64,000 nucleotides of DNA. It comes from Pirellulales bacterium. Its GTDB lineage: Bacteria; Planctomycetota; Planctomycetia; Pirellulales; PALSA-1355. Location: contig CAVTBU010000005.1 in the NCBI GenBank assembly GCA_963733035.1, positions 2,656,001 through 2,720,000 on the forward strand. Reading direction: 5' to 3'. Below the pieces are notes generated by a model. The model did not search any database. It saw only the letters and a program-made list of their open reading frames with translations, and had not been told where the DNA came from. Positions 8,893-21,214 of the stretch are shown piece by piece. The position numbers were made by a program, and so were the translations under genes. The number at the start of each line of letters is the position of its first letter. Position 1 is the stretch's first letter.

Positions 8893-11800
8893 ATGTCAAA
8901 CAAGCATTCATCGGCATCGTCGCACCGGGCAACTCGTGTTCTCGCGGCAATGGTCTTGATGCTGTTCGCGCTGACCGCGTCGAGCGTCGATGCGGCGACA
9001 CCAGCAGCCAAGAAAATCGTGATTCTGGCCGGCGCTGTTCATCAGGGTCCCGGTGGGCATCCCGCCGGGACTCATGAATACGAACTCACCGCACGGCTGC
9101 TCAAGCACGCGTTGGCCGAAGCCCAAATCGACGCCGAGGTCGAAATCCATTTCAACGGTTGGCCGCGCGATCCGAAAACGCTCGACGACGCCGATTCGAT
9201 TGTCGTCATCTCCGACGGCGCCGATCGCGATCCCGACGATCACCCGCTACTGGTCGGCAATCGACTGGGAATTCTCAAACAGCAGATGGACCGCGGTTGT
9301 GGCCTGGTGGCGATCCATTGGACCACGTTTGTGCCGAACGATCGCGGCGGCCCCGAATTCCTGGAGTGGCTCGGTGGCTACTTTGACTACCAGTCCGGCG
9401 CGGGGGAACGGCACTGGTTCTCGAAGATTCAGACCGCCCAGACGCGCCCCCATCCAGCCTCGCCCGAGCATCCCATCAGCCGCGGACTGAAGCCGTTCGA
9501 ACTGCGGGAGGAGTACTACTACAACATCCGATTCCGCGAACACGATCCGCGGCTGGCGCCGATTCTGGTCACGCCGATTCCCGGAGAAGCGACGGAGCAG
9601 GTCGTCGCCTGGGCAGTCGAGCGAGAAAATAGCGGTCGCGGTTTTGGCTTCACAGGCGGACACTTCTTTGAAAACTGGGGCGTCGACAACTTCCGCCGCA
9701 TGGTACTCAACGCGATTGTGTGGACTGCCCATCTGGAAGTGCCCGCCGGCGGTGTGCAATCGAAAACATCGCCCGACAGCGATCCACCAATATCCGCCGG
9801 TGACGGGCCGATACAGGCCGTGATTGTCACCGGGCATCAGCATCCGGCGCACTTGTGGCGCGAAACAACTCCAGCTCTGCAAGAAGCCCTGGCGCAAGAC
9901 AAACGGGTGCAAGTTACCGTCGTCACCGAACCCGAGTTCTTGGCCAGTGAGAACCTGCGAACTTATGACGTCGTGGTGTTCAACTACTGCAACTGGCAGC
10001 GACCCGGGTTGAGCGACGCCGCGAAAAAGAACTTTCAGAAGTATCTCGACGAGGGCGGCGGCCTGGCATTGATTCATTTCGCCAATGGCGCGTTTCATGC
10101 TTCGCTTCCCGAGACGCCCCCCTCGGACTGGCCGGAGTACCGCAACATTTGTCGCCGCGTGTGGGATCATGCCGCCGGAAAAAGCAGCCATGATCCGTTC
10201 GGGCGATTTACTGTGAACCTTGTGAAGGATCACCCGATCACCAACGGGTTGAATTCGTTTGAAACGATCGACGAGTTGTATTGCAACCAGCAGGGTGATC
10301 GGCCGATCGAAGTCTTGGCCACGGCTCACTCGACGGTCACAGGGCGCGACGAACCGATGGCTTTTGTCTATCCGTATGGCAAAGGGCGGATCTTTCAGAC
10401 CGTGTTGGGACACGCCGCCGAATCGATCCGTACGCCGGGCACCGCAACGTTGATCCGCCGCGGCGCGATTTGGGCCGCGGGCGAGCCGCAGCGCAGGCTC
10501 ACCGCGCAAGCCATCGACACCCGGCGCGAACCGCCCAAACTCGTGGCTGAAGGCAAGTTCGACGGGGCACTCGACCCGCGCGCGGCGCCGCGTGGGCCAA
10601 TCGCATGCCCAACTACGACCTGCGTCCGCTCACGGTGGAATGCTGGGCCAAGCTGGATGGTCAGTCCGGCTTCAACATTCTGGTGGCCAACAGTGCCAAG
10701 GAATCGGCCGAACACTGGGAACTGTACACGTACGCCGGCAGCGGCGAATTGAGCCTGTACCTGCCGGGCTACGCACCCGCCGAAATCAAATCGGGCGTCG
10801 ACGTCGTGGACGGCAAGTGGCACCATCTGGCGGCCGCGTTCGACGACGCGCAGGCGAGCCTCTACGTCGACGGCGAGTTGGTACAACAGACAGCGATCGC
10901 CCGCCAGCGCAGCGACGGACCGACCGCGGCGCTATATTTCGGCGGTTATCCACCACAGAACATCGGCTGCGACGGGTTGATCGATGAGGTGCGTATCTCC
11001 AATCGCCTGCGCAATCGACGCCCTACCAGTCGGTCCCTTCGCGGCCAGCAGCGATACGATTGGACTGTGGCACTTCGACCGGCTGAATGCCGGCCGTGTC
11101 GAAGACCTTTCGCCACTGCAGAACCCCGCCGCCGCGATCGCGGACCGCGCGATCGTCCAGCCGATGCACACGCGACGGCCCGCCGATCCGGCATGGCAAC
11201 TTCTGACCATTGACGCTTCGCCCGACGAATCGTTTCTGTCGCTGCGCACCGACACGACAGGGCGACTCTTTGCCGGCGGACGCGAAGCGCTGTTCGTTTT
11301 CGAACCCGAGGCCGACGGCGGTTACGCGCCGCGGCAACTGCTCTATCGCTTTCCGCCCGACAGCTGGATCACCGACGTCGAAATCCGCGGCGACGATTTG
11401 TACGTCATGACCAACGCCGCGCTCTACCGATTGACGGGTGGCCGAGTTCGCCGCGCGGGGCTCATGCCAGAACGGTTGCTGTGGGGTTCGCCAGTCGACC
11501 TGCATGTCACCTGGCACGGCTTGGCCTGGGGACCGGAGGGAGACCTGTACTTTTCGTCCGGCGATCCGCTACTCAACTACGGTGACTTTCAGCAGCGTCC
11601 CGACCACTTCGGCCACTGGACGATCTATGGGCCGAGCGAAAAACTAGCCTACACAGGCGTCGGCGGATTCTATCGCTGCAAACCCGACGGCACCCACTTG
11701 CGGGTGGTGGCCGGCGGCACGCGGGGCGCCGTGGGAGTGGCCTTCGATCGCCGCTGGAACCTGTTTTCCAACGACAACGATCACGAGAGCATTGCTGATC

Positions 11801-14125
11801 GCTATTCTCCAGCCCGACTGCTGCACGTCGCCCCGCGAGCAAACTTTTTCTGGCCGCGCGGTTGGATCGCCAGTATGTCGCCCGAGCGATCCGACTTGTT
11901 GGAAGTGGTTAACATCGGGATGGGTCGCGAAGTGCCGGTGGGCCAGGCCTACCTCGACGAACCATCACTTGGCGAACAATACCGCGACAGCCTGCTCGTC
12001 GCGCGATGGGGTCAGCGGTGTGTGTCGGGCTACGCCCTCGCGCCACGGGGCGCGAGTTTTAGCGGCGAAGAGTATCCACTGCTCATCGGTGAGGAAACAG
12101 CGCGGCCGGTCGGCGTGACGGTCGGTCGCGGCGGCCGCGTTTTTGTCGCCCTTTCCTACATGGCGGCCAACGAGTGGTCACCCCACTATCCCAGCGAGAT
12201 CGTGCTGCTGACCCGCGCCGACGATCAACCGCCCTATCGTTTCGATGCCTATGACGCTCCAGCCGCGGAGCCAGCGCGGCTGTGGACGGAACTAGGTAGC
12301 GACTCATCGCAGCGCCGGCAGCAGGCGCACGTCGAAATCCTTCGCCGCGGTGGTGCATTGCGACACGAAGCCGTCGAACGGCTTGAAAACGCTTCGGCTG
12401 ACGACCCGGCATTTCTTTCGCTCATTTGGCTTGCCGCCGCCAGCGAATCAGAGCCCGCTCGCAAGACGCTGCAATCGCTTACTAGCAGCGATAACCCCGT
12501 CGTGCGTCAAACGATCGTACGTGCCATGCATGCCTTTCCTAGGCTCGGTACGCAACCGGAAACGTTTACGCGCGCACTGACGGATGTCGATGCTCGCGTG
12601 CGGCATGCCGGTGTTGTCGCGCTATTCGACCAGCAAAATGCACTGCCCGAGGAACTCTTCGCGGGCTCAGCTTGCGACCACGACACCTACATTCGCCAGG
12701 CGGCCGCGCTGCTGTTGGCGCGGCGCGGCACGCGGGAACAAATCGAGCAGCTGTTTTCTTCAGACGATCCCGCTCGGCGACTCTGCGGCGTATTGGCTGC
12801 GGGATTCCGAATAACCGTGCCGCCGCCGGTTGGCGATCTGCCCGCCGAACTGCCGCTGAAGTACGATTCTGGCAACGCGGAGTTCGTCATTCAGTATGCC
12901 GATGCGAAGGTCGATCTTAAGCAACTCGGCCGCGTCGGCAGCTTCACGACTGCCGAGCGTTGGAAAGCTCTGCCTCCAAATACTGAAGAGCTCGTTTTGT
13001 TCGCCGACCTGAAGAAATGCCTTGCGGATCCGGATGATCGTGTACATGAGCAGGCCGCGTATTTTCTGAACCTGTTCGACGAGCCGCAGACCAACGAGCT
13101 AGTTGCCGAGGCACACCGCGCGATTGCTCGACCGTCTTGCCGGTGCGCCACCGATCATGGTTGAGAAGGTATGGACGATCGGTCCGTTTAAGGACGGCGC
13201 CACTGGTTTTGAACGTGCCCACCCACCGGAACAGGGACCGATCGATCTGGAGGCGGAGGTCCCCACCGGACCGGATTCGCTGACATGGACAACCGTATCG
13301 CTTCGCAAGACGAAAGCGGTCGAAACCCAAGCGTCGTCCGGCGCGTCGCGATACTACTACTTCCGCCTGCAAAGCCTCGTGCCACAGACTGCCCGACTCG
13401 TCGTCACTGCACCGGGGGCTTACCGGCTTTGGCAAAACGATCGGCCACTAGACGTGGCCGATCCCATCCTCGTTCCGCTCGAGCCGGGGAGCAATGACAT
13501 TCTGCTGCGCGCCGCCGGTGGCGCTGAAACTCAACCACCCACCGTGCAAGTACGAGCCGTCGAACGCCTCGAAGCCACGCTGCCCGAGAAGCTGGGTCTG
13601 GGCACGCTGGCCGAGCGCCTCCGCGGCGCGGGTCAGAGCGACGCGGTGAGCGTGCCCACTGAGTTCCTCGCCGTGGAGTGGAACACAGCCGCCGCCGAGG
13701 GCGATGCTGAACGAGGCCGACTTCTGTTCGGCGTCGCGGCTCTCGGATGCGTGAAATGCCACGCGGTGTTGCCGAATCAAAAGGGTGGTGGAGCGCCGTC
13801 GCTCGCCGGAGCATCAAAGCGATTCACGGTTTCGCACCTCGTCGAGTCGATTCTTGCGCCCGGCAAGCAGGTGGCACCCGTGTTCGGTACGACAACGATC
13901 GTCACGGCCGACGGCCAATCATTATCGGGTTTGGTGGTTGAAGAAAACGATGAGCAGATCGTGCTTTTGCTTCCCACCGCCGCTCGGCAGAAGGTAGCCA
14001 AGAGCGACATTGAAGCACGCAAGCTGCAAAACGCCTCACCGATGCCGAGTGGCTTGGTGAAGACTCCCGCCGAACTAGCTGATTTGTTAGCTTATCTGCT
14101 CAGTGACAATCCCAAGGCTCCTTAA
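8893..14125 (+). CDS. Giant PVC-type heme-binding protein (~1745 aa once repaired): 2x ThuA-like, LamG, beta-propeller dehydrogenase-like, HEAT repeats, C-terminal cytochrome c; three apparent frameshifts
   Basis: ORFs 8878-10752, 10605-11213, 10984-13164 and 13103-14125 join into one domain string if 1, 2 and 2 nt are restored at ~10585, ~11011 and ~13120. LamG: DGKWHHLAA...GLIDEVRIS. Heme: GCVKCH...ESILAP...SPMPSGL. Confidence 0.75.
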
Positions 14126-14181
14126 TCGAGCGATACCGACGCGGCGCACGACACAGAGTTCCTGTCAGGCAATAACGGATT

Positions 14182-14598
14182 ATGCCCGCCATCTATGAGC
14201 ATTCGCTGTTTGTGCGGCCTGAGGAAATTGACCGCCTGGGGCACGTCAACAACCTGGCCTACCTGGCCTGGATGCTGGATGCCGCCGTCGCGCATTCGGC
14301 GGCTCAGGGATGGACGGCCGAGCGCTACGATAAGCTCGGTTGCGTGTGGGTTGTGCGCTCGCATGAGATCAAATACATCGAACCGGCCTTCGAAAGTCAG
14401 CGCGTTATCGTCCGCACCTGGGTGGCCGACATGAGCAAGGTGTCTTCCACGCGACGCTACAAGATCTTGCGCGCCGACGACGAACGCGTGCTGGCCAAGG
14501 CCGCGACCCGCTGGGCCTTTGTCGACTTCGCCGAGGGCAAGCTGCGGCCGATCCCCAAGGAAGTCTGGAGCGCGTTCGAACTCGTGCCGGATGCCTAG
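14182..14598 (+). CDS. Acyl-CoA thioesterase (4HBT/hotdog family)
   Basis: EIDRLGHVNNLAY motif, WVVRSHEIKY. Confidence 0.9.
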   Translation: MPAIYEHSLFVRPEEIDRLGHVNNLAYLAWMLDAAVAHSAAQGWTAERYDKLGCVWVVRSHEIKYIEPAFESQRVIVRTWVADMSKVSSTRRYKILRADDERVLAKAATRWAFVDFAEGKLRPIPKEVWSAFELVPDA

Positions 14599-14616
14599 CC
14601 CGTTCGACCGCCGTGG

Positions 14617-15825
14617 CTAAAGCAGCTTGCGCATGCTCCATGCGGCACGATCCAGCAGCCGCTGCCAGCCGGAGCGGTCGCGCACGTCGTTGATGTCGAC
14701 ACGGTCGCTGGCGGCAATCTCCTCCTGGCAAATCCCGGCAAGCACTTCGGCCAGCCGCTTGGAATGAATCACGGCAAAGAATTCCAGGTTGATCCGCAGG
14801 CTGCGAGCGTCCAAGTTGCACGAGCCGACAACGCTCCAGCAGTTGTCGATTGCCATCACTTTGCTGTGTAGCATTCGATCGCGCCTCTCGTAGATCTCAA
14901 TGTCGCGCTTGAGAAGAAACTCATAGAAATGGCGCGTGGCCCATTGCACGAGTTTTACGTCGCTTCGTCCCGGCACAATCACTTGCACGCGCACCCCGCG
15001 GCGCCGCGCCTTTACCAGCGCCCGCAACACGCGCCCCAGCGGCAGGAAATACGCCATCGACAGCACGATCTTACTACGAGCCTGGCGAATCAAGGGGACC
15101 AGCACACGGTGCGGACGCCGGTCCTTGAACGTTGGCCGGGAATCAAAAAAGTACACCGCCTCCTCGGGCGCATTGCCAAAATCGGGCACGACCCAGCGAG
15201 AGGCCCTTTCGCGAGGCTCGCGATGGACGCGCCGCCACAGATGATCCATCAGTGAAGCGATTTCCGCTTGCCGCGGGCCGACCATCCGAACATGCACGTC
15301 GCGCCAACCGGCCGAACGAGGCAGCTTCTTGGTCTTCAGGTCCTGCCTGCTTTTGATACCGCTCGGGTCGACGACGTTCATCCCGCCGAAATAGGCCACT
15401 TCGTCGTCAATCACGAGCAGCTTGCGATGGTTGCGCTGGTTGAGGGCATGCAATACTCGCGGACCACGAATGATCTGCGAAAGCGTATGAAACACATGCA
15501 CGTGCACGCCGGCCGATCGCAAGCGATTTAACAGCGCCGTCGAAACGGTAAAGCTGCCGAATCCGTCGACCATCAGCCGTACGTCGACGCCAGTCGCGGC
15601 GCGCTCGCATAGTGCATCGGACACGGCGCGCCCGGCCGCGTCGTCTAGAAAGATATACGATTCCATCCACACGCGGCGCCGTGCGGCGGCGATGTCGGCA
15701 ATCATCGCGGCGATCAACGGGGACGATTCCGTGTACAAACGGAACTCGTTTCCCGCCACGGTCACCGGACCACAAGCGCGCCCGGCGCGCGGCGTAATCG
15801 CGGTTGTGGAGATGGGCTTCTGCAT
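14617..15825 (-). CDS. Phospholipase D superfamily protein, cardiolipin synthase ClsB-like
   Basis: Two HKD motifs (RNHRKLLVID; LHSKVMAID), GGMN, GWRDVH, GSCNLD; no N-terminal TM helices. Confidence 0.85.
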   Translation of the reverse strand: MQKPISTTAITPRAGRACGPVTVAGNEFRLYTESSPLIAAMIADIAAARRRVWMESYIFLDDAAGRAVSDALCERAATGVDVRLMVDGFGSFTVSTALLNRLRSAGVHVHVFHTLSQIIRGPRVLHALNQRNHRKLLVIDDEVAYFGGMNVVDPSGIKSRQDLKTKKLPRSAGWRDVHVRMVGPRQAEIASLMDHLWRRVHREPRERASRWVVPDFGNAPEEAVYFFDSRPTFKDRRPHRVLVPLIRQARSKIVLSMAYFLPLGRVLRALVKARRRGVRVQVIVPGRSDVKLVQWATRHFYEFLLKRDIEIYERRDRMLHSKVMAIDNCWSVVGSCNLDARSLRINLEFFAVIHSKRLAEVLAGICQEEIAASDRVDINDVRDRSGWQRLLDRAAWSMRKLL

Positions 15826-15995
15826 GAGACGAGTCCGATGGCTGGCTCTTCCTATTGTAGGCAGCCGTCGACCCAAACGAAGCATCCCGGCGCTGCCAGG
15901 CCGGCTGAGGTCGATGAATGGCCTTAAAATCGTGCTTTGGCCTGGGGCCGCCGGACAGCTAGACTTGGGAATCCCTTCCGCAAGCGGAGCCAGCC

Positions 15996-18390
15996 ATGCA
16001 AGACTTCGAGAAACTCGGCGCCTTCTACCTGGGCAAGCAATATGATCTGGCCCAGCGTGTGCGCGGCGAAGAATTGGTTCTCTACGACGCCAAGGATCTC
16101 ACCACGCATGCCGTCTGCGTGGGGATGACCGGCAGCGGCAAGACGGGTCTCTGCCTGGCACTGTTGGAAGAAGCCGCAATCGACGGCATACCGGTGATTG
16201 CCATCGATCCCAAGGGAGACGTCGGCAACTTATTGCTCGCGTTCCCGGAACTCGGCGGCAGCGACTTCCGCCCCTGGATCGAGGAGGCCGAAGCGGCCCG
16301 CGAGGGAATCACGCCCGATGAGCTGGCCGAAAAGACCGCCGCGTTGTGGCGCGAAGGCTTGGCCGCGTGGGGGGAGGACGGCGACCGCATCGCCAAGTAC
16401 AGGTCGGCCGTCGACGCCGCGATCTATACGCCGGGATCGAGTGCGGGCCTGCCAATCTCGGTGCTGCGCTCGTTTGACGCTCCGCCGCCTGAGATTCTCG
16501 ACGACGCCGATCTACTCCGCGATCGGATCGGCGCAGCCGCTTCAGGGCTGCTCGCGTTGGTGGGCATCGACGCTGATCCGATTCAGAGCCGCGAGTTCAT
16601 CCTGGTCTCGCAGCTATTGGAGTCTGCCTGGCGCGCCGGACGGAACCTCGACCTGGCCGAGCTCATCCGTCAGATTCAAACCCCACCGCTAGAGCGCGTC
16701 GGTTCGCTCGACCTCGAGACGTTTTACCCGGTCAAGGCGCGAGGCGAGCTGGCCATGCGACTCAACAATTTGCTGGCCTCGCCGACCTTCGCCGGCTGGA
16801 TGGAGGGAGAACCACTGAGCATTGCCCGGCTGCTCCACACGCCCGAGGGAAAGCCGCGGTTGTCGATCCTTTCGATCGCCCATTTGAGCGAAGCGGAGCG
16901 GATGTTCTTTGTCACGATTCTGCTCAACGAACTATTGGCCTGGGTTCGCACGCAAAGTGGTACCAGCAGCCTCCGGGCAATTCTTTACATGGACGAGGTG
17001 TTCGGCTATTTTCCGCCGACGGCCAACCCGCCATCGAAAAAACCGATGCTCACACTGCTCAAACAAGCGCGGGCCTACGGGCTGGGCATCGTGTTGGCCA
17101 CGCAAAACCCGGTCGATCTCGACTACAAGGGGCTTTCCAACACCGGCACCTGGTTTCTCGGACGTCTGCAAACCGAGCGAGACAAAGCCCGCGTGCTCGA
17201 GGGCCTGGAGGGAGCCTCGGCCGCGGCCGGCTCGACATTCAACCGAGGCGAGATGGAAGCCACGCTCGCGGCGCTAGGTAAACGGGTGTTTTTGCTTAAC
17301 AACGTACACGAAGACCACCCCGTCGTGTTTGAAACCCGTTGGTGCCTGTCGTACTTGCGCGGTCCTTTAACACGGCGACAGATTCAAACGCTGATGGCAA
17401 AGTGCAAGCAAGCGACGGACGAGACAGAGGCCACGCAACAGCCGCCCGCGTCGGCCGCTGCGATAACTGCCGACGCTGCAAGTGGTGACCGCGCGAATGT
17501 ACCGCCCGAGATCGAGCAGGAATTCCTCGCGCCGCGGATCGCGACCGAGGACATGCAACCGGTCAACTATCATCCAGCGTTGCTGGCGAAGACGCGCGTC
17601 CGTTTCGTCGATGCCAAGGCCAAGGTAGACCATTGGCAGGAGGTCACCGCGCTGGCCAGCATCGAAGGCACGGTGCCGAGTGAGCCATGGGAGCAGGCCG
17701 AACTATTCACCGACGAGCTGGAAACCGGCCGATCTCCCACCGAGGGCGCGACTTTTGCCCCGCTACCAAAGGCGGCTTCACAAGCCAAGAATTACGCCGC
17801 TTGGAGCAAGAGCCTCGCTGGATACCTGTACCGCGACTACACCCTGCCACTCTGGTACGCGCCGGCGCTGAAGGAGTATTCTCAGCCAAACGAATCCGAA
17901 GGCGACTTCCGCGTTCGCATGACGCAGAAGGCTCGCGAATTGCGCGACGAGGCCGTGGAAAAGCTGCGCTCGAAGTACGCGGGCAAATCGGCCGCGCTTG
18001 ACGACAAGATCCAGCGTGCCCAGGAACGGCTGGCCCGGGAAAAATCCGAATTTCAAACCAAAACTCTCGAATCGGCCGTTTCGATCGGCTCGTCGATCCT
18101 GCGGGCACTGTTCGGCCGCAAACTGGCCAGCGTGTCCAATGTACGGGGAGCCAGCGGTGCTGCCCGCAGCGCTTCGCGCCGCCCGCGAGCGTGGCGACGT
18201 CGAGCGGGCCAACCAGGCACTGGAAAAATTGCAGGCGGAACGTGCCAAGCTGGAAGATCAATTTGAGCAGGAAATCGCGGGGCTCGACACCGACTATCGC
18301 AACCCGTCAATCGAACCGCATCCGGTCTGCCCGCGAAAACGCGATATCGAGATTACCCATATCGCACTGGCATGGCGACCCGAACCATAA
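15996..18390 (+). CDS. HerA/FtsK-like P-loop ATPase (DUF87/DUF853 type) with C-terminal coiled coil; apparent frameshift at ~18177
   Basis: THAVCVGMTGSGKT, LYMDEVFG, KQARAYGLGIVLATQNP; the C-terminus continues in ORF 17998-18390 if 2 nt are restored (S-R-A-A-R-E-R-G-D). Confidence 0.8.
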
Positions 18391-18441
18391 TTTAATGGAT
18401 CTATTGCCAGGCCAGTCGCACCATCCAATAAGGCTCCTCCC

Positions 18442-19587
18442 ATGATTCCCTACCGACCTGCCACCCTGCTCCTGGTTCTGCTCCTCGCACCAAGCCTCGG
18501 TCTTGCCGGTGAATCCCGCTTTCTAAAGCCGAGCGAGGCCAAGGAGGATCCTTCGGATTCGACGTTCTGGCACGACGCGCGGAAACTCCGAATTGAGGGG
18601 CAGGGGTGGGCGGGCACCAAGAGCGACTACGATCGTCTGCCGGCGAAGGCGGAAAGCATGGTTCGCGACGCCGTTTGGCGGCTAAGTAGAGATTCGTCTG
18701 GCATCGTCGTGCCCTTCACGACCGACGCTCCGGCGATCAAGGTTCGCTGGACGCTGACCTCCGATCGCCTGGCCATGCCGCACATGCCGGCGACAGGGGT
18801 GAGCGGACTCGATCTCTACGTGCGCGACGAGGATGGCAAATGGCGATGGCTCGCTTGTAAGCCGCCGCAGGGCAAGACCACCACTGCCACGCTCGTCAGC
18901 AACGTTCCCGAGGGCCCGCACGACTATCTGTTGTACCTGCCGCTCTACAACGGCGTCACGTCGCTGGAAATCAATATTCCGTCGGGCAAGTTCCTTGCCC
19001 GTTCGGAACCGCGTCCCGAAGAGAACCAAAAGCCGATCGTATTTTACGGTACGTCGATCACGCACGGCGCTTCGGCATCGCGCCCGGGGATGGCGCATCC
19101 GGCGATTCTGGGGCGCCGCTTCAACCGACCGATCATCAACCTTGGATTTTCGGGCAACGGCCGCATGGAAACCGAGGTGGCGACGCTCTTGGCCGAGCTC
19201 GACCCGGCGGTGTTCGTGATCGATTGCCTGCCGAACATTGGTGCCGAAGAAGTGCTAGCGCGGACCAAACCTTGTATCGATATTCTGCGTAAGGCGCATC
19301 CGACGACGCCCATCCTGTTGGTCGAAGACCGAACCTATGGCGACGCATTTTTCATCAGGGCGAAGCGAGAGCGCAATCGCACCAGCCGAGAGGCACTGCG
19401 CAAGGTGTATGACGAACTTAAATCCGCCGGCGACGAGAACCTCTATTATCTCGAAGGCGAAAAGCTGCTCGGTGACGACAACGAAGGCACCGTCGACAGC
19501 TCTCACCCCACCGACCTGGGATTCATGCGTCAGGCAGACGCGTTTACCAAGGCACTTGAGCCAATTCTCGGAGCGCCAGGTAAATAG
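18442..19587 (+). CDS. SGNH/GDSL hydrolase with N-terminal GxDLY-type domain
   Basis: Signal peptide, GLDLY, FYGTSITHG, NLGFSGNG, DSSHPTDLG. Confidence 0.88.
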   Translation: MIPYRPATLLLVLLLAPSLGLAGESRFLKPSEAKEDPSDSTFWHDARKLRIEGQGWAGTKSDYDRLPAKAESMVRDAVWRLSRDSSGIVVPFTTDAPAIKVRWTLTSDRLAMPHMPATGVSGLDLYVRDEDGKWRWLACKPPQGKTTTATLVSNVPEGPHDYLLYLPLYNGVTSLEINIPSGKFLARSEPRPEENQKPIVFYGTSITHGASASRPGMAHPAILGRRFNRPIINLGFSGNGRMETEVATLLAELDPAVFVIDCLPNIGAEEVLARTKPCIDILRKAHPTTPILLVEDRTYGDAFFIRAKRERNRTSREALRKVYDELKSAGDENLYYLEGEKLLGDDNEGTVDSSHPTDLGFMRQADAFTKALEPILGAPGK

Positions 19588-19621
19588 CCAAGCCGTTGGC
19601 TGTTGTTTGACGAAGTCGCGG

Positions 19622-21091
19622 TCATTTCGCGACAGCCGCCTTGGACGGAACAATTGCGCCAAGCTCGTCAGCCAGTTTCGCCAGCAAATCTTCCCGCTCG
19701 GCCGATTCGGCCAGGTTCACCGTCTCGCGCGGGTCGGCCTGGTGGTCATATAGCTCTCGCGCCATCACGCTGCCGTCTCTCACGCTCCGCCATTCGACAT
19801 AGCGGTAGCGCGGAGTGCGCATCGCGTACCCCATAGCCACGAGCGGTTCTTCGTCGCTGGGGTAGGCAGGCCTCGTGTGTTGCGTTAGCGCGGCTGGTTT
19901 TACCGCATCGGCGGTCCTTTCGAGGAGCGGACGCAAGCTGCGACCTTCCAGATTCGCAGGCGCCTCCAGCCCGCACAGATCAGCAAGCGTCGGATATAAG
20001 TCGAGCAGCTCGGCCAGCGCGTCGGTCGATTGCCCGCTCGTCGTTTGCGGCGTGGCGATGATCAGCGGCACGCGGGCATCGAGTTCGAAGTTCGAGGTCT
20101 TGGCCCACAGCGTTTGTTCGCCCAGGTGGTAGCCGTGGTCGGACCAGAAAACGACGATCGTATCGTCGCGCAGCCCTTCCTTGTCGAGTGCGTCGAGTAC
20201 CTTGCCGACCTGTGTGTCGAGGTAGCTAATCGCGGCGTAGTAGGCTCGTCGCAGCGCCAGCGTTTCCTCAGGCGTTGGGCGACCGCCGGGGCGGCTGGCA
20301 AACGCCCGCAGGATTTCGCGCGAATCGTGCAGGGCGATGGCCGGCACGCCGCGGGGTGCCTCGGCGGGGTTCGGCGGCAAGATCGTCACGTCTTCGTAGA
20401 GATCCCAATATCGCTTTGGCGCGTTGAACGGTGAGTGGGGCTTCCAAAAACCGACCGCCAAAAAAAACGGCCCGCTGTTGCGTTCGTGCAGTGCTTCGAC
20501 TGCCAGATTGGCGATGCGGCCGTCGAAGTAGGCCTCGTCGGGAACATCGCGAGCTTCGATCTTGGGAATGTCAACCTCGTTCGGCGGCATGGGGCCTTCG
20601 ACCTGTGGTTTGTCGTTGCCGTGGTTGTTGTAGTGCATTACGGCCGGCACGCTCCACGACACCGGATCACCCCGGTACGCGTCCTGCCGCCAATTGTGGA
20701 AGATCTTGCCGATGCACTGCGTGTGGTAGCCGTTCTGCTTGAACAGTTGCGGCAGCGTCACGACATCGGGCCGATTCTCGCGAAAATGCGTCGGTAGATC
20801 CCACACCCGAATCGTGTCGGGCCGCAGGCCGGTGAGCAGCGACGCTCGCGACGGATTGCACACCGCTTGCTGACAATAGGCCCGATTAAACAGCATGCCG
20901 CGCGCGGCCAGCCCGTCGAGATGCGGCGTTTTCGCCAGCGAATCGCCGTAACAGCCCAAGTTGTTGCGCAAGTCGTCCGCAGCGATGAACAAGACGTTGG
21001 GACGCTCGGCGGCGTGGGTGATTGCAGCGAACAGATGGGCCAACAGTCCCAACAACAAGAGCGACTTCATTTTTGACATCGTGTATCTCAT
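19622..21091 (-). CDS. Formylglycine-dependent sulfatase (iduronate-2-sulfatase-like)
   Basis: [21 protein letters not shown] (CxPSR), GKIFH, KPHSP, SDHG. Confidence 0.92.
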   Translation of the reverse strand: MRYTMSKMKSLLLLGLLAHLFAAITHAAERPNVLFIAADDLRNNLGCYGDSLAKTPHLDGLAARGMLFNRAYCQQAVCNPSRASLLTGLRPDTIRVWDLPTHFRENRPDVVTLPQLFKQNGYHTQCIGKIFHNWRQDAYRGDPVSWSVPAVMHYNNHGNDKPQVEGPMPPNEVDIPKIEARDVPDEAYFDGRIANLAVEALHERNSGPFFLAVGFWKPHSPFNAPKRYWDLYEDVTILPPNPAEAPRGVPAIALHDSREILRAFASRPGGRPTPEETLALRRAYYAAISYLDTQVGKVLDALDKEGLRDDTIVVFWSDHGYHLGEQTLWAKTSNFELDARVPLIIATPQTTSGQSTDALAELLDLYPTLADLCGLEAPANLEGRSLRPLLERTADAVKPAALTQHTRPAYPSDEEPLVAMGYAMRTPRYRYVEWRSVRDGSVMARELYDHQADPRETVNLAESAEREDLLAKLADELGAIVPSKAAVAK

Positions 21092-21214
21092 TCAGTTCGA
21101 TAGGCTGGATCCAACAGGCCGGAATCCTCGCACGCCGGCTGCGCGAAATCCCGCAATGCCGCTGCCTCGACCGGTTTTCATTTCCAGGGCCGCAGTCTCT
21201 GGTCGACTATCATC

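Noticed and set aside
9247..10509. Long antisense ORFs (this one, 62259-63302, 36394-37296, 7197-8081 and similar)
   Set aside because: They mirror well-supported genes, as is typical in high-GC DNA, and show no protein motifs.
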